Below, piece by piece: positions 51,246 through 63,390 of a stretch of 64,000 bases of DNA. The notes below the pieces were generated by a model. The model was not told the DNA's origin. It worked only from the letters and a program-made list of their open reading frames with translations, and did not search any database. Each line of letters starts with the position of its first letter. Position 1 is the stretch's first letter. Made by a program: the position numbers and the translations under genes. The DNA is from Octopus sinensis (lineage: Eukaryota). The stretch spans positions 49,600,001 through 49,664,000 of the forward strand of contig NC_042999.1 in assembly GCF_006345805.1 (NCBI RefSeq). The letters are read 5' to 3'.

Positions 51246-52059
51246 TTACAAGTTACACCTGAAAAGAAAAGTGAGCTTTGAGAGAGAAATATTGCCTGGT
51301 AGCAAATTTGTTGGCAGGTGCACAAGAGGGTTGGAATGATACGAGTGCAAGGCCCTACCCTTCCTCATCCCAGTTTGCCAGTTAAAAAATTAATAATCTG
51401 GGAGTACTAGACTTTTGACAGTGGGAGGATAAGAACCAATCAGCTCTCAAGTGATGTCCGTAACCTGTATTAACTTCGTTGCCGACGTTTTCCTCCTTCA
51501 GTAATAATACCCATCTATGAATAGATAGTTGTTCCAGTTAAGCCAAGCCGCACGTCACTTCTAACAGAGGAGACTTATTAGCAAAGGTATTTCAATCATG
51601 AATATCTCCTTTTAAGATTAAGGGGTTATGTGTATTACATTATCCAACACTTCGGTTACTCTCTTTAGCATCAACATCTCGCACCAAGAGTACATTTTAC
51701 AGGAGCTCACACTCTTGCAAACATTCGTGCATTGCCTCAGATTTTGGGAAAACTTCTTTTATCCCATCAGCTTCTGTGGCACTGAAAATATGAATCGGTT
51801 TTCTTCCACAGCTCTCTATTAGAGCAGTAAAAGACACAAAAGGAGGGTGTGACACGAGAAAGAATTAGCTTCTATTTTTTATCAGATCAAGTGACCGCAC
51901 AGAGACGCTGTAGTTCTGAACCAAGTATAGACCGTGAAAGGACGTTTTGTGACTAGTGTCATAAGGAACTCAAAACCCTCTGCCAGTCGGGATATATTTT
52001 GCCATGGCATTCCCTAAAGGATCAGTGGTGTGTAATACCGTGACACCATCAAAGGAAAT

Positions 52060-52797
52060 TTGTGTGTCGATTAAAATCAACTGACTTACCTGATCTGTAG
52101 CACTTTCGGAACGGAGATCGAGGATAATTTCCAGAAACCCCTGTCATGACAGAGCTACAGGCAGGATATTGCTGGTTTGAGATAAATTCTACTGGTATGG
52201 TGAAGCCGTCAGCCAAGCCTGACTGAGATGCACGCACTCGTTCAGTGCCCGAAAATTGTTGACATGTGGACAAATTCACTATTATTCTTTTGGTGGATGA
52301 GCCTCTAATCTTTCACCAAAAAGAAGAAGGTAGTTTTTGTTTGTATGTAACCATACTGAAAGTTGTGGTATGGAAGACGCGAGCGAAAGGGATTGCGACA
52401 GGCCAATTCATCCTCAGACGTGGGCTGGTGAATTACTTCGCCGCCCATCTTTCCAGCAAGATCCGTCTGGAGAGGAGGAGCCTGCCGCAAAGAGCGTTTG
52501 AAAAAAGATGTATGACAGTGGTAAGAAAGATGAGAATACACGAGGCCGTGCTTGCACAGTCAGTCGGGGCATAAAAGAAAGGAAAATATTACCAAAAGGG
52601 ATAACCAACCGGCGGGTTAATTCACTAACCCGGAACCCAATTTCCATCCATTCATCACTTATATTTTTAACTCCCATCCGTATAATATATGTAAATCCAT
52701 CTGTCTTTTCATCTTGTATATAAGAATGTGTGTTTGTCCCCTACATGTCCCTTGTCTGTCCTTGTAACGTCCCCTCTTTATAGGTGAATAAAGGAAT
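52060..52797 (+). mobile_element. Tx1/L1-type LINE 3' fragment
   Basis: EMHALVQCPKIVDMW (CCHC-type motif), then VVWKTRAKG..NYF..KIRLERRSL..AFEKR and a 3' UTR ending TGAATAAAGGAAT. Confidence 0.8.
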
Positions 52798-53750
52798 TGG
52801 ATGAGACTCTAGTAGGATGAACTTGTAGCTTTGAATAACCTCCTTCATTATCTTAAACTTTAGTGAAGCAGTAGTATGTAGTACACATTATCACCAGTAA
52901 CAAATATAAAGGCCCACTTTGGGTTAATTTATATCTGCACATTATTCCCAATACGAATGTAATCCGAAAAAAGTATTTATCTCAATATTAACCAAGTAAC
53001 TGAATGCAAATAAATTTTTTCTCTATAGTAAACAAAAATTTGTTTCTTTTTAGTTCAAGTTGTTTCTGAAATACAAGCGATAAGACTGAATCTATCAAAA
53101 AAGCAAACGAAAAAAAGACAGTGGTATGTAATTTTTATTTATCTATTATTTTGCATTCGATATGTTAGTGTGTATTTGAATGTATTTAACATTACTAACT
53201 ATATTAGAGCCAGCAATGGCTGAAAAAAAATTTGTTTTGTTATATACATATGTCTGTGAATAATTCTGTTTCATTTCATGTGTTAAATAAATTAACTTGA
53301 TTTTCCTGTATCTTGTAGTTCAGCCAGCGTATGACATATTCAATAGAGTTGAACCACGTACTTATGAAAATATATTTGCTACAAGAAAATCTGTAGTTTC
53401 GAAAAGTTTGTGTGCGTGTAGGCGTGTATCTGTGCATATGCATTTATACATATATATCTAATAATATATAAAATAGAGATGTGCGTATTCACTTTTCTCC
53501 CGAAAACGGCTTCACCAAGTGCTTTCATACTTGTGATGCATGAATAATTTGACCAGGGTCAAATAGGTCTTCATTTGATTTCTTTATTAAAAATTATTAA
53601 TAAAAATATTACGACGATGTACTTGCATAGCAAGTGACTTGGTCTGAGATCGCGTGCTGGAACGAAAACAATTGCAGCTTGGAAAGTGTTTATAAGTCAT
53701 TTAAGAAACACACAAAAACTGTTAGATTCACTTCAACATTTAAATTTAAT

Positions 53751-53799
53751 TTACCAAAATATTTTCGTCGCTTCGAGACCGCGACCTGTTCACTGACAA
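53751..53799 (-). ncRNA. Minimal hammerhead-like fold with a swapped G3-C8 pair
   Basis: UUGUCA-GUGAACA-G-GUCGC...GCGAC-GAAA-AUAUUU-UGGUAA. Confidence 0.6.
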
Positions 53800-54089
53800 A
53801 ATTCTGTGCTGCATCTGAGTCAGTAACAGCTAGTTCATGATATATATGTACGTGTGTGTGTGTGTGTGTGCGTGCGTCTGTGTGTGTGTATGTGTGTACA
53901 TGCGTATGCATGTGTGCATGCCCATATGTATGTATGTACATGTTTGTACTCACGTACATAAATAAGTACGCATGTACATACATACATGCGTATAGGCGTG
54001 CACACATGCATACGCATGTACACATATGAATACACACACACACACATATCATGAACTAACTGTCACTTTCTCAGATGCAGCACGGAATT

Positions 54090-54138
54090 TTGTCAGTGAA
54101 AAGGTCGCGCTCTCAAAGCGACGAAAATATTTTGGCAA
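54090..54138 (+). ncRNA. Sister hammerhead-like fold (position 8 mutated to A)
   Basis: UUGUCA-GUGAAAA-G-GUCGC...GCGAC-GAAA-AUAUUU-UGGCAA. Confidence 0.5.
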
Positions 54139-55209
54139 ATTATATTTAAATGTTGAAGTGAATCTAACGGTTTTTGTGTTTCTTAAATGGCTTATAAACA
54201 CCTTCCACGCTGCAATAAAAATAAAATATTGCTTCTTATATTACATTCACGTTTCTCTTTATATATACGTCTCTCTAGCTATCTAACATTTCTCTCTATC
54301 TTTATCTCTTGTTTTCACTGTCAATTTTCAGACGCTATTCTTTTCACTTTCAATTTTCATACCTCATTGTTTAACTTCCATATTATTGTTTTCACTGTAA
54401 GTCTAAGTTTTGAATCGCTATTTACAAACAAACAACGACAAATCACTGACAGAAAGAAGTTCACAATTACTGATGTAAGTAATTTCATGATTTATTGACA
54501 GAAGTATCTTCATAAATTTCACTTCAGTCCGTTCGGTTTTGTGTTTTTCTGTTGTTGACCGTTTCTTTCTGGTTCCCTCTATAGTGGCTCTTTGGTCACT
54601 AAGTGACAAATTTCGCTTCAACCAGTACAATACTTTAATTTCCGTGAAAATTTCTTATTTACTTTCTGCCCGTCGTTTTAAGAAACATAATTTCCGTAAC
54701 CTAGTTATTTTCATTGCTTACTATCTTCTGCACCCGTGTATTTCTGTATACATATATAACCATGCTAGAAAGAAAGTGTTAAATTTATCGGTATAACTAC
54801 AAATTTCTGCCCTCCCCCAATTTGGACGTTCATAACTTTCAGAAAAATGAATATTTTTTTAATAAGATTTTCTACAAATATGTGTTATAGCATGTAGATT
54901 CTGAATATACAACATTTTGGGGGGAGGGTAAGTGTTTTAAGAGGGGGTGAGGAATTTCTGTAAATTCGCTGGAGTCCAGTTCAATTCGTCTTAAGTTTCA
55001 GGAAAATGGATATTTTTTAATGAAATTCTCTACAAATATACATCGGACAATATAGATTCCGAGAACATAGGAATTTGGAGGGAAAACAATTGGGGTTACT
55101 TTTGAGAACTGTTCCCCACTTTAGGGTGTTTCAGAACAAGTCGTCAATATTTGTTTCATTTTCTCTGTTTTGTGCGTTTGTGAAGCTGAGAAATCTCTTC
55201 TCCATCATG

Positions 55210-55485
55210 ACAACATGATGGTTGAGAATGTCTTCATTCCAAGGATACCTCTCATCTCAAATGATCTCTCTTTTCAAGAGACTGCAGTTTCTTGTCAAAC
55301 TTAGATCTGCAATGTCTATCAAATTTCTAAAGGTGGTGGGACTTAACCTCTTCCAACCTTGCTTCTCACACAGTCAGCTGTATGTTGGATATCTAGAGTT
55401 GGAGATGAAAAGAACATCTAGATTCTCAGTGATAAACAAGGTAAGACAGAAAACACAGTATATGAAGAAGCGCTTACATGAATAG
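55210..55485 (+). pseudogene. Helitron PIF1-type helicase C-terminal remnant
   Basis: Frameshifted ENVFIPRIPLISNDLSFQ / FKRLQFLVKL..AMSI..LKVVGLNLFQPCFSHSQLYVG / SRVGDEKNI..GKTENTVYEEAL, matching the conserved PIF1/RepHel C-terminus. Confidence 0.85.
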
Positions 55486-56109
55486 TAGGTCCATGTCATA
55501 TACAGAATTATAAAACCATTGAGTTTTAAACTATTACTTTCACTTTTCGACTGACATGCGTGAAAGTATATCTGTGCATAAAAGTGAAACGATAACGTGA
55601 TATATTCGCTGTCTGTTTGAGTATGTGTACGATACGCGTGGCCTTACATTGTTCATAATCTGTACTTGCATTTTGGTTGCGAAATAAGTTTTAGACAAAC
55701 ATATATTTACTTTATATACATATGTGTTGAAAACTCTTCACATTTCAATGGGGTCGATGTAATCGACTTAATCCCTTTGTCTGTCCTTGTTTGTCTCCTC
55801 TATGTTTGGGCCCATGTGTGCATTAAAGAAATAGATATTTTGAAACTTAAGAGTTAAAATACGATTATGATAACTAACATATGTATGTGTATAAAGTTAT
55901 GTATTCTTAAAGAAAAATCTCATTAAATATTTGCGCATATTCATAGAGGAAAAACGTGGGCTAACTTTTGATTAATATGTTCAGAGAACAAAACCCACAT
56001 GATGTTCGGGCTAAATTTGACACTTTGCATCAAAGGAAAAGAAAGTACAATATTCCATTCAAAAGCAAAAGTATGTTAAAAATTCAAAAAGCATCAACTA
56101 AATTATGGC

Positions 56110-56810
56110 TAGGAAATAACTGCTTACTTAAAGTAGCCGACCCCAGCTTCCACCACAGACTCAAGACGGCTCCGGAACCTGACATATGCGTTTGTCGCTG
56201 TGACCCTCGGAAGATCTTAGAACACCTTTTTGATCTTGATCACCAGCTCATCCTTGGTATTGCAGGCTAAGCGGTTGCTGTCACTTTTCTACCACGTACC
56301 ACACATAGTAATCCAGGGGATTACACTCATGAGAATTAGGAAGCCAGAAATTAGGGCTGGTTTAGTCGTAGGAATTCTTCAGCAACCACTTCTGACTCTT
56401 TCGGAGGGATGGCAACGAGCCGAGTCCTGCTGCCACACGTATCGCCTTCCAGCAGCAAACTCAAAATTTAACCAATCTCCAATAGCGTCACATAGCCATT
56501 TGAATTGAGCTCTAGGCCCTGTTCTAAGATATGGGGCGGTATGACGTCACCCTCGCTGGAGACATACCCAAAGACCATCACAATTTAAGCAAATTTGGTT
56601 TTATTGAGCAGCAGTCATATATCGGCATTTTAATATTCGGCGCGAATCATGACACAGGCAAATCTTTTCCAATATTTAGATGGCTTCCAGCCTTCCATAT
56701 CAGCTAACTTTTTCTCAAATACTACTTTAATCTTTATTCTCCCCAACAGTGCTGGTTGTTCGCCAATACATCAAGGTGTTCCTGAAATAAATGAGACATA
56801 ACAAACCCTT
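56110..56810 (-). mobile_element. maT/DD37D-type transposase pseudogene
   Basis: VMVFGYVSSEGDVIPP, YVWQQDSARCH, CNPLDYYVW and RFRSRLESVVEAG motifs, with stops and frameshifts. Confidence 0.85.
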
Positions 56811-59084
56811 AAAATTTAGCTTGAACACCCGTTACAAAAGGCATATAGAGACTCAATTCCTGCTTGATTTTATCTCGGTTTCAGTGCTGAGTGTTTCTCA
56901 GTTTCCAATTAGAAAGATGTTTGAAAAACGAATGTCCTTGTATAATATCAAAGTTTGATAAATTATCAATCCCAGAAAATACATATATCTATCAAAATGA
57001 GTCATCCCTATGAATACCGTAAACATTTAATTACAGAAACCAATCGGACAATTATTCCATTTCCAGTCGAATGGATCGTTCGTTTATTTGTAAACATACA
57101 ATAAAGAATGAGAATGAACAAAAAGGAAAAAAATGATTTCGAAAAGAAAGCAGACATAAAATTGACTATTGTTGTTTGTCATCTATTCTGCTGCTGCTGC
57201 TGAAAGACTGCAAAAAGAAATAAAGAATAATTCGGGTTTTATTTACTGACAGCTGACAAAATTTCTCAAAAACTAAAATAAAAACGACAAAATGAGACAC
57301 TAATGAGAAATCTCTCTATTAGAACATTAATCCTGTGTTTGTAATTTATTTTTAAATATTGACTGAACTGGTTCCTATCAAACTAAAGGGAAAAGGTTAT
57401 GTTGTATATGAAGTGAAACAAATATGCTCATTTTACTCAAATAACTCTGAGTAGGAAGGATTCAGATATGATTTCTGTTTAGTAATTTTCTTATAGTTTT
57501 CTTTCATTTTCATGTTATTTCCCATTCTATGTTTATTTTTAATGTTAATTTATCTTTCTTGTTATCCATTAATTTTTATTTTTGTCGTGACTGTTTAATT
57601 TTTCTTTTCTTTTGATAACGGTCGTATAATGGTTACATCAACTTTTTTGTAGTGCATATGTGATGGCATCTGGTATTAATTCAATCGACCAAAAAAACCA
57701 TTGTTCGTCTATGTTATATCTGACTATTAAAAGTCGTAAATGTTCACATTAATTATTCTAGAACAATGAAACAATGACAGAACTAGCAAAGAGAGCAACA
57801 GACAAATTGTTTAGCATTCTATTATTACATCTCTTTACATTTCGTGTTCAAATTGTCGCTGTGGCCTTTCATTTTATCAGACTTCATAAACAAAATTACC
57901 AGTCAAATCCTTGGGTTGATACACTGTATTCGATTGTTACCATCGCCAAAATCTGTAACAGCAGTCATCTCTGCCTGTTATCGTTCTGGGTTCGATAAAG
58001 TACCATTTTTGGATGATCGACCGACAGAAGCCTTAATGTGTCGTAAAAACTACCTTTGGGCATTTGTTTCGGCTCTTAGCGTATTTAGGTGGTGGACTTA
58101 ATTTGTTGTCCAGTGTAACACTCTCACTTGGCTCTTAGGGGTTGCACTATATCGCAAGCATTTGGGCTTGCTATATGCTTGGAGGGCATTTTCGTTTATC
58201 TTTCCGACCAGTGAGTGGCAGATTATAAAGAGTTGTGTACTGTTTTTCTTCCTGACTAAAAGGAGGAAAATATTCGAAATCATTTAGTACGTTTGTATCC
58301 CCGAGATCAAATTCCCTGAAGTCTGAGTTGTTTTTCATTTTTCCAGATCCAATACAATAAATGATGTATTTATTCAAATGCCTGGTCTTCAGCTCATATT
58401 GGGGAAATTAAACAATTCTGGAGTGTGACTGCTGACAAAACTGGGGTCGTTGGATCAGATACATTGCAGTATCCAGTTACATTTCTCTGTATATGAATTC
58501 AAATCACACCGGCACCATCTTGCTATTCATCTTTTCAGTGTCAATAAAATAGGATCCGTTTAAGAATTAGGGTCAATCTAATAAAGTACATCCGTTCCCT
58601 AAAACATTGTCTAGTGCTCCGTGTAGACCGTGGGAGCACAGGACAGACATGGTGTTTTCACACCTTTTTTTTCCATTAGATAATTTTTCTCCATTGTAAC
58701 TACAGTACCTTTAGCACTTGAAATATGTCGCGGACATATTTTGAGTAAACACTGCTTGCGTTGATATTACTGTAATTTTCACGACCGTAAAAATCAGCGC
58801 AAGTCAGTCTATGTCGTTGACTACTTTAGTTAAAGCCTCGGCTTTTGTTAGGTCTGTCCAAAGTTGCCTCTCTACGATATTTTCCTTTGATAACAGCTAA
58901 GGAGCTAGAAGCAACGATGTCTTGGAATCTGACAGGTGAAAGCATTGATGCTTTTATACCTTTTTTACCGTAAGAGAGAACTTTTCTCCACGGTAAGTGC
59001 AGTGAATTTGCCTTTAGCAGTCGAAATACGCCTCAAACATATTTTAACTAACCTAACGTTCGCTTATGCCTAAACATTGCTTGG

Positions 59085-59370
59085 CGCTGATATTACAGTA
59101 ATATAAAGGGTAAAGACCCACTTCGGTCATGAATGACCATGGAACTGCGCCTAGAAAGTTTCCCTCCAGGAACGGCTGTTCATGGAATACCAGCAGTCGT
59201 CTATGCATACCAGCCTCTTTTCTCCACACAAGTGACGTTATTAAAGGTAAAGGTCGATACAACTTGGTACCAGTGACGTTCCAACTCATTTCTACTACTG
59301 AGTGAACTGAAGCAACATGAATGAAGGTGTCTTGCTCAAGAACATAATACACAGTCGGGTTTTTTTGGGA
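59085..59370 (-). mobile_element. SINE family C (tail C4)
   Basis: Homologous to 41140-41470. Confidence 0.7.
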
Positions 59371-59868
59371 GGGGGGCATATGTATATTCCTTTTCTGTGT
59401 ATGCGTGTGTGTGTATGCGTATATAAACATGTGCGGGTATGTACATATATGGGCGTGTGTATGTATGAGTGCATAAGGGCATGTCCGTATATGAGCGTGG
59501 TTTTTACGCTTTGTATACTGCCTTATGATTTTTCTGTATTGTTGTTTTTTTCTGTAACGTTACCTTTAACCATGTTTTTTCTTGTCCTTGTGCGTATATA
59601 GACGTATATATGAACTTTTACGGTACGCGTGTGTGTGTATGAGTTTGCATATATATGCGTATACATTTGGCGAAAAATGCGAGGGAAGATGTGTACGTTT
59701 TTATAGTGACGTATAAGTACGCACGTGGGTCCGCGAGCGCATATATGAGCGTATGAGTAGCCATGTTTACGCGTTTACTATGAACTTTTAATCTTAATTT
59801 ATATAAGTAGCGGAATTATAACACAGTAATTTCCCTTTATATAACGGTATAGCGTTTTTCAGATGGCC

Positions 59869-59929
59869 AGATAACCGAAGAGATGGTGTTGTGGACTTCC
59901 ACTTCGGCATCTGAAACTCAGTTTTATCT
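59869..59929 (+). ncRNA. Hammerhead-like fold, U4C family
   Basis: AGATAA-CCGAAGA-GATG...CATC-T-GAAAC-TCA-GTT-TTATCT, within a longer related repeat (~59660-60030). Confidence 0.5.
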
Positions 59930-60238
59930 TGACTATTGAATAATTGTAACATATTATTTTATTGATAAATTTCCTCTATTTACATAATATTGAGGTCTCT
60001 TTCTTTCTTTTGTTATCTTACCGTTTTTACCAATGTATATATATATATATACACACACACACATACACACACAGAGAACAGGTTATCAGATGTTATACAC
60101 CGCTTGTCACATTGTTGTAACAGGCCAACATTCTCTCTGGACAGAATGCCAGCCCGTCGCGCAAGGTTACAAATTTACCGTTGAGTGAACTAGAGCAGCG
60201 TAAAATTAAGTGACACCATAAATACACACACTATAACT

Positions 60239-60293
<55 letters not shown>

Positions 60294-60305
60294 CGCACAC
60301 ACACA

Positions 60306-60500
60306 CGAGCAGGTGCTGAAAAGTTCCTAGCTTTGGACAAAGGAAAATACAGGAAAATCAGTTAATTATGATTTTTATTCAACATATTCATTCCCTTGTC
60401 AGATTCAGACACTTATTGCAGCGATCTTTCAATTTTTTTCTAAATCTTGTAAAAGAACTCGGAAAATTGTGTCGCCAACCAGCACTTTTGAGACACCCTT
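60306..60500 (-). mobile_element. Mariner right-end fragment
   Basis: Homologous to 17000-17181 (KLKDRCNKCLNL..YVE); TIR CGAGCAGGTGCTGAAAAGTTC. Confidence 0.75.
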
Positions 60501-61427
60501 AAATCCAGAAACATTTCAGCTCTCCTTTGTATATATTTAAAGGACATGACTAATAGGTGTGATAAAATAATGAAGGTTATTATGGTTAATTCAGAAGAAA
60601 AAATACTAAGAATAAAAATGGAATTAAATTCTCTGAAAACCAATTTAGCAATATTTTCTTCTTGAAAATCTTAAATATGTGTGTATTTAACCAAACAAGT
60701 GGAATAATTCCCTAAGGGATGTATGAATGGGGGTGATCGAACTGTTTAAAATATGTATTTATAATTACATATTATTCAAGAGAAAATTTATAAACTATTA
60801 TTAGCTACTTAAAGTGGTTAAGTTTAGAGACATGCACAAATTATAAGATACCACAGTGAAGTATAGCGAAGTATATTTATGCGTTTTTAATGAGAAATAT
60901 AGCGTGTGGTTTTATATAATTTTGACATTTTAAAGAAACATAATCTGAGATATATATTTACAATTGTAAGTACATTGTAATAAAAATAAATAAATAAAAT
61001 GACTTGAGTAATGTTTATTGGTGTAATTATATCTGTATTGATGTTAAACTTTGCTACTTGAAGAAGGAAAACATATTAGATATATTCAATTTGGTGAAGT
61101 TACGTTAGAAAACTAAATTTGTTTATGTATATGTAATATTTAAATGTAAGTTAGGTGCAATATTAATTCTAAAATTATGATTTAAAGGTCATTTACCTAA
61201 ATATTGAGTTGATAATAGAGTAATATGGATGTTTATAAATATTATTGGTTTAATCTAATTATATGACGGCTATCTCAACTTATATTTCGGCATGAAAAGA
61301 TGAGCATAGATGTTTATTAGTTTTATTGAGTGTAATATAACTATATGCGGCTGGTTTCAACTTATGTTCATAAGACAGCAACGCAAAGCTTTTGAAATTT
61401 AATCGTAGGTGATCGTTTGTGGGCGTA

Positions 61428-61876
61428 CTCTTTTACTTGTTTCAGTTATTTGACTGTGGCCATGCCGGAGCACCGGAACTTTGTGATTATGAAATAAATT
61501 ATTAACCAGTCGCCCATACTGCATCTTTAGAAAGCTAAACTTACTGTCATTTAAATTACAGAGACAAACATCGATTTTCTGAAACCTTTGTTTCCAAAGC
61601 CTTTGCGAATTACTGCTTTTATTTTATAAACAGTGATGGTCACCTTTATACTTAAAGAATATCTTTTATCTTTTGCTTGTTTGTCATTTGACAGCGACCT
61701 TGCTGGAACACCGCCTTGAAGGGTTTTAGTCGAAGGAACCGATCTCAAGACTTATTCTTTTGTAAGCCTAGTAATCATTCTACCGGTCCCTTTTGCCGAA
61801 CTGCTAAGCTACGGGGATGTAAACACCTGCACCGGTTGTCAAGTGGCGATGGGAAATCACACATACATACATATAC

Positions 61877-61907
<31 letters not shown>

Positions 61908-62270
61908 TATATACACACACACATACCTATATAGGAGAATTCACAAAACAAAAGACGAAGACAGGTGGTGTAGACAACATATGTATTAGTATAACACTCG
62001 AAGTGAAAAAGTCTTTAACATTTCGAGCCTACGCTCTTCCGCAGAAAGGAACACGGAAAGAAACAAGGAGAGAAAATAAAGAATGTGTAGTGGCTAGCGA
62101 CACTATTGGCTTCTTTCAGATTTCTTCTACTAAATCCACTCACAAGGCTTTGGTCGGCCCGAAGCTATAGTAGAAGACACTTTCCCAAGGTGTCACGCAG
62201 TGGGACTGAACCCGAAACCATGAGCTTGAAAAAACAGCAAGCTTCTTACCAAATAACCACGCTTGTGCTT
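61428..62270 (-). mobile_element. SINE family B interrupted in its microsatellite by a Penelope-like fragment (~61930-62105)
   Basis: 3' half at 61428-61870 and 5' half at 62105-62270. Confidence 0.8.
62013..62048 (-). ncRNA. Degenerate minimal hammerhead-like motif
   Basis: CUUU-CUGCGGA-A-GAGC-GUAG-GCUC-GAAAUGUU-AAAG; stems I and II intact, core position 6 not canonical. Confidence 0.4.
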
Positions 62271-62623
62271 TAAGTAAAATTTACTTAAATACAAATACAG
62301 CTACATGTACATTAGCATAGATGATACAAATTTATTATTAAAAGTGTACTGTGTAAGATATTGTGAAACACAGCCGCCCATTAAACTAGTCTGCCGACTG
62401 AGGGACTTTGAAGTTCTTGCTCATAAATTTGTGCGAATTAAAAGAGGTTCTCGACCATCAGTGTTAGGAAACGAATGTAGATTCGTTTGGACGCTGTTAA
62501 TAAATTATTTGGGTTAACTTAATGTTTACGTTGAATGTTAGTGTAACAGCAAGTAGTACAACAGAGGTTTTGTTCTTTTTTAGCATTAATCAAAAATATG
62601 CGATGTGAGACCATAGCAATATA

Positions 62624-62770
62624 GGTGTCACTTTAGCGAGCGGGCTACTAGCCCATTCACTCTTTAGCGGGAGGCCTAACCCTAAGCCAACACTATTCCT
62701 GACCTGGACCATGTCATTTCACCGCGTGGACTACGGACAGTGCGTTAGAGTGCATGCTGATGTGACACCG
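62624..62770. mobile_element. Small MITE-like element
   Basis: GGTGTCAC / GTGACACC(G) termini with TA flanks; internal CCTAACCCTAA. Confidence 0.5.
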
Positions 62771-63087
62771 TAATATTTATATACGATGTAATCGATAATC
62801 GTATGGATTCTTAGCCTGACAATGCCATGTCTTTCAAAAAAAAAAAAAACAATGAAAATGTTTCATCTCACCACTGTTCCGTTTTTATTAATAAAAAAAA
62901 TAAAAGAATTATCTGAATCCAAAGTAAAATTTTCTTGTCTTCGCCATAGTGTTTGTTAGAGAAGTTATAAAAGTATTTTATTCTTATTAAACACAATAAA
63001 TTATTTGGTTTATTTTCATATCTCATAGCAACCCACTCTGAGAAACACTGATGTAATACATTTTAAAGTTATAACGATTAACGTCGC

Positions 63088-63390
63088 CCTTTTCAAGCCT
63101 GGCCAGGCTCATGGGTCCGGTTTCCGGTTTCTGTGTTGTATGTGTGCCCCCCTCCCGGATGGACGGGACGCCAATCCATCGCAGCGTTACTCAAGAAACA
63201 GTAAGAGAGAGTGAGAGAAAGTTGTGGCGAAAGAGTACAACAAGGGTCGCCACCACCCCATGCCGGAGCCTCGTGGAGCTTTTAGGTGTTTTCGCTCAAT
63301 AAACACACACAACGCCCGGTCTGGGAATCGAAACCGCGATCCTTCGATCGCGAGTTCGCTGCCCTAACCACTGGGCCATTGCGCCTTCAC
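63088..63390 (-). mobile_element. SINE family C (tail C2)
   Basis: Homologous to 27208-27508. Confidence 0.85.

Larger units (their letters stand above)
53670..54215. mobile_element. Divergent inverted pair of a Penelope-like repeat around a TG/CA microsatellite
   Basis: ~53670-53845 is the reverse complement of ~54040-54215. Confidence 0.8.

Noticed and set aside
54800-55140. Two ~160-bp diverged units upstream of the helicase remnant
   Set aside because: Probably internal subrepeats of a decayed Helitron-like element; termini not identifiable.
58897-58992. 39-nt and 18-nt exon-like segments
   Set aside because: They are separated by only 39 nt, so both cannot be used, and there is no supporting homology.
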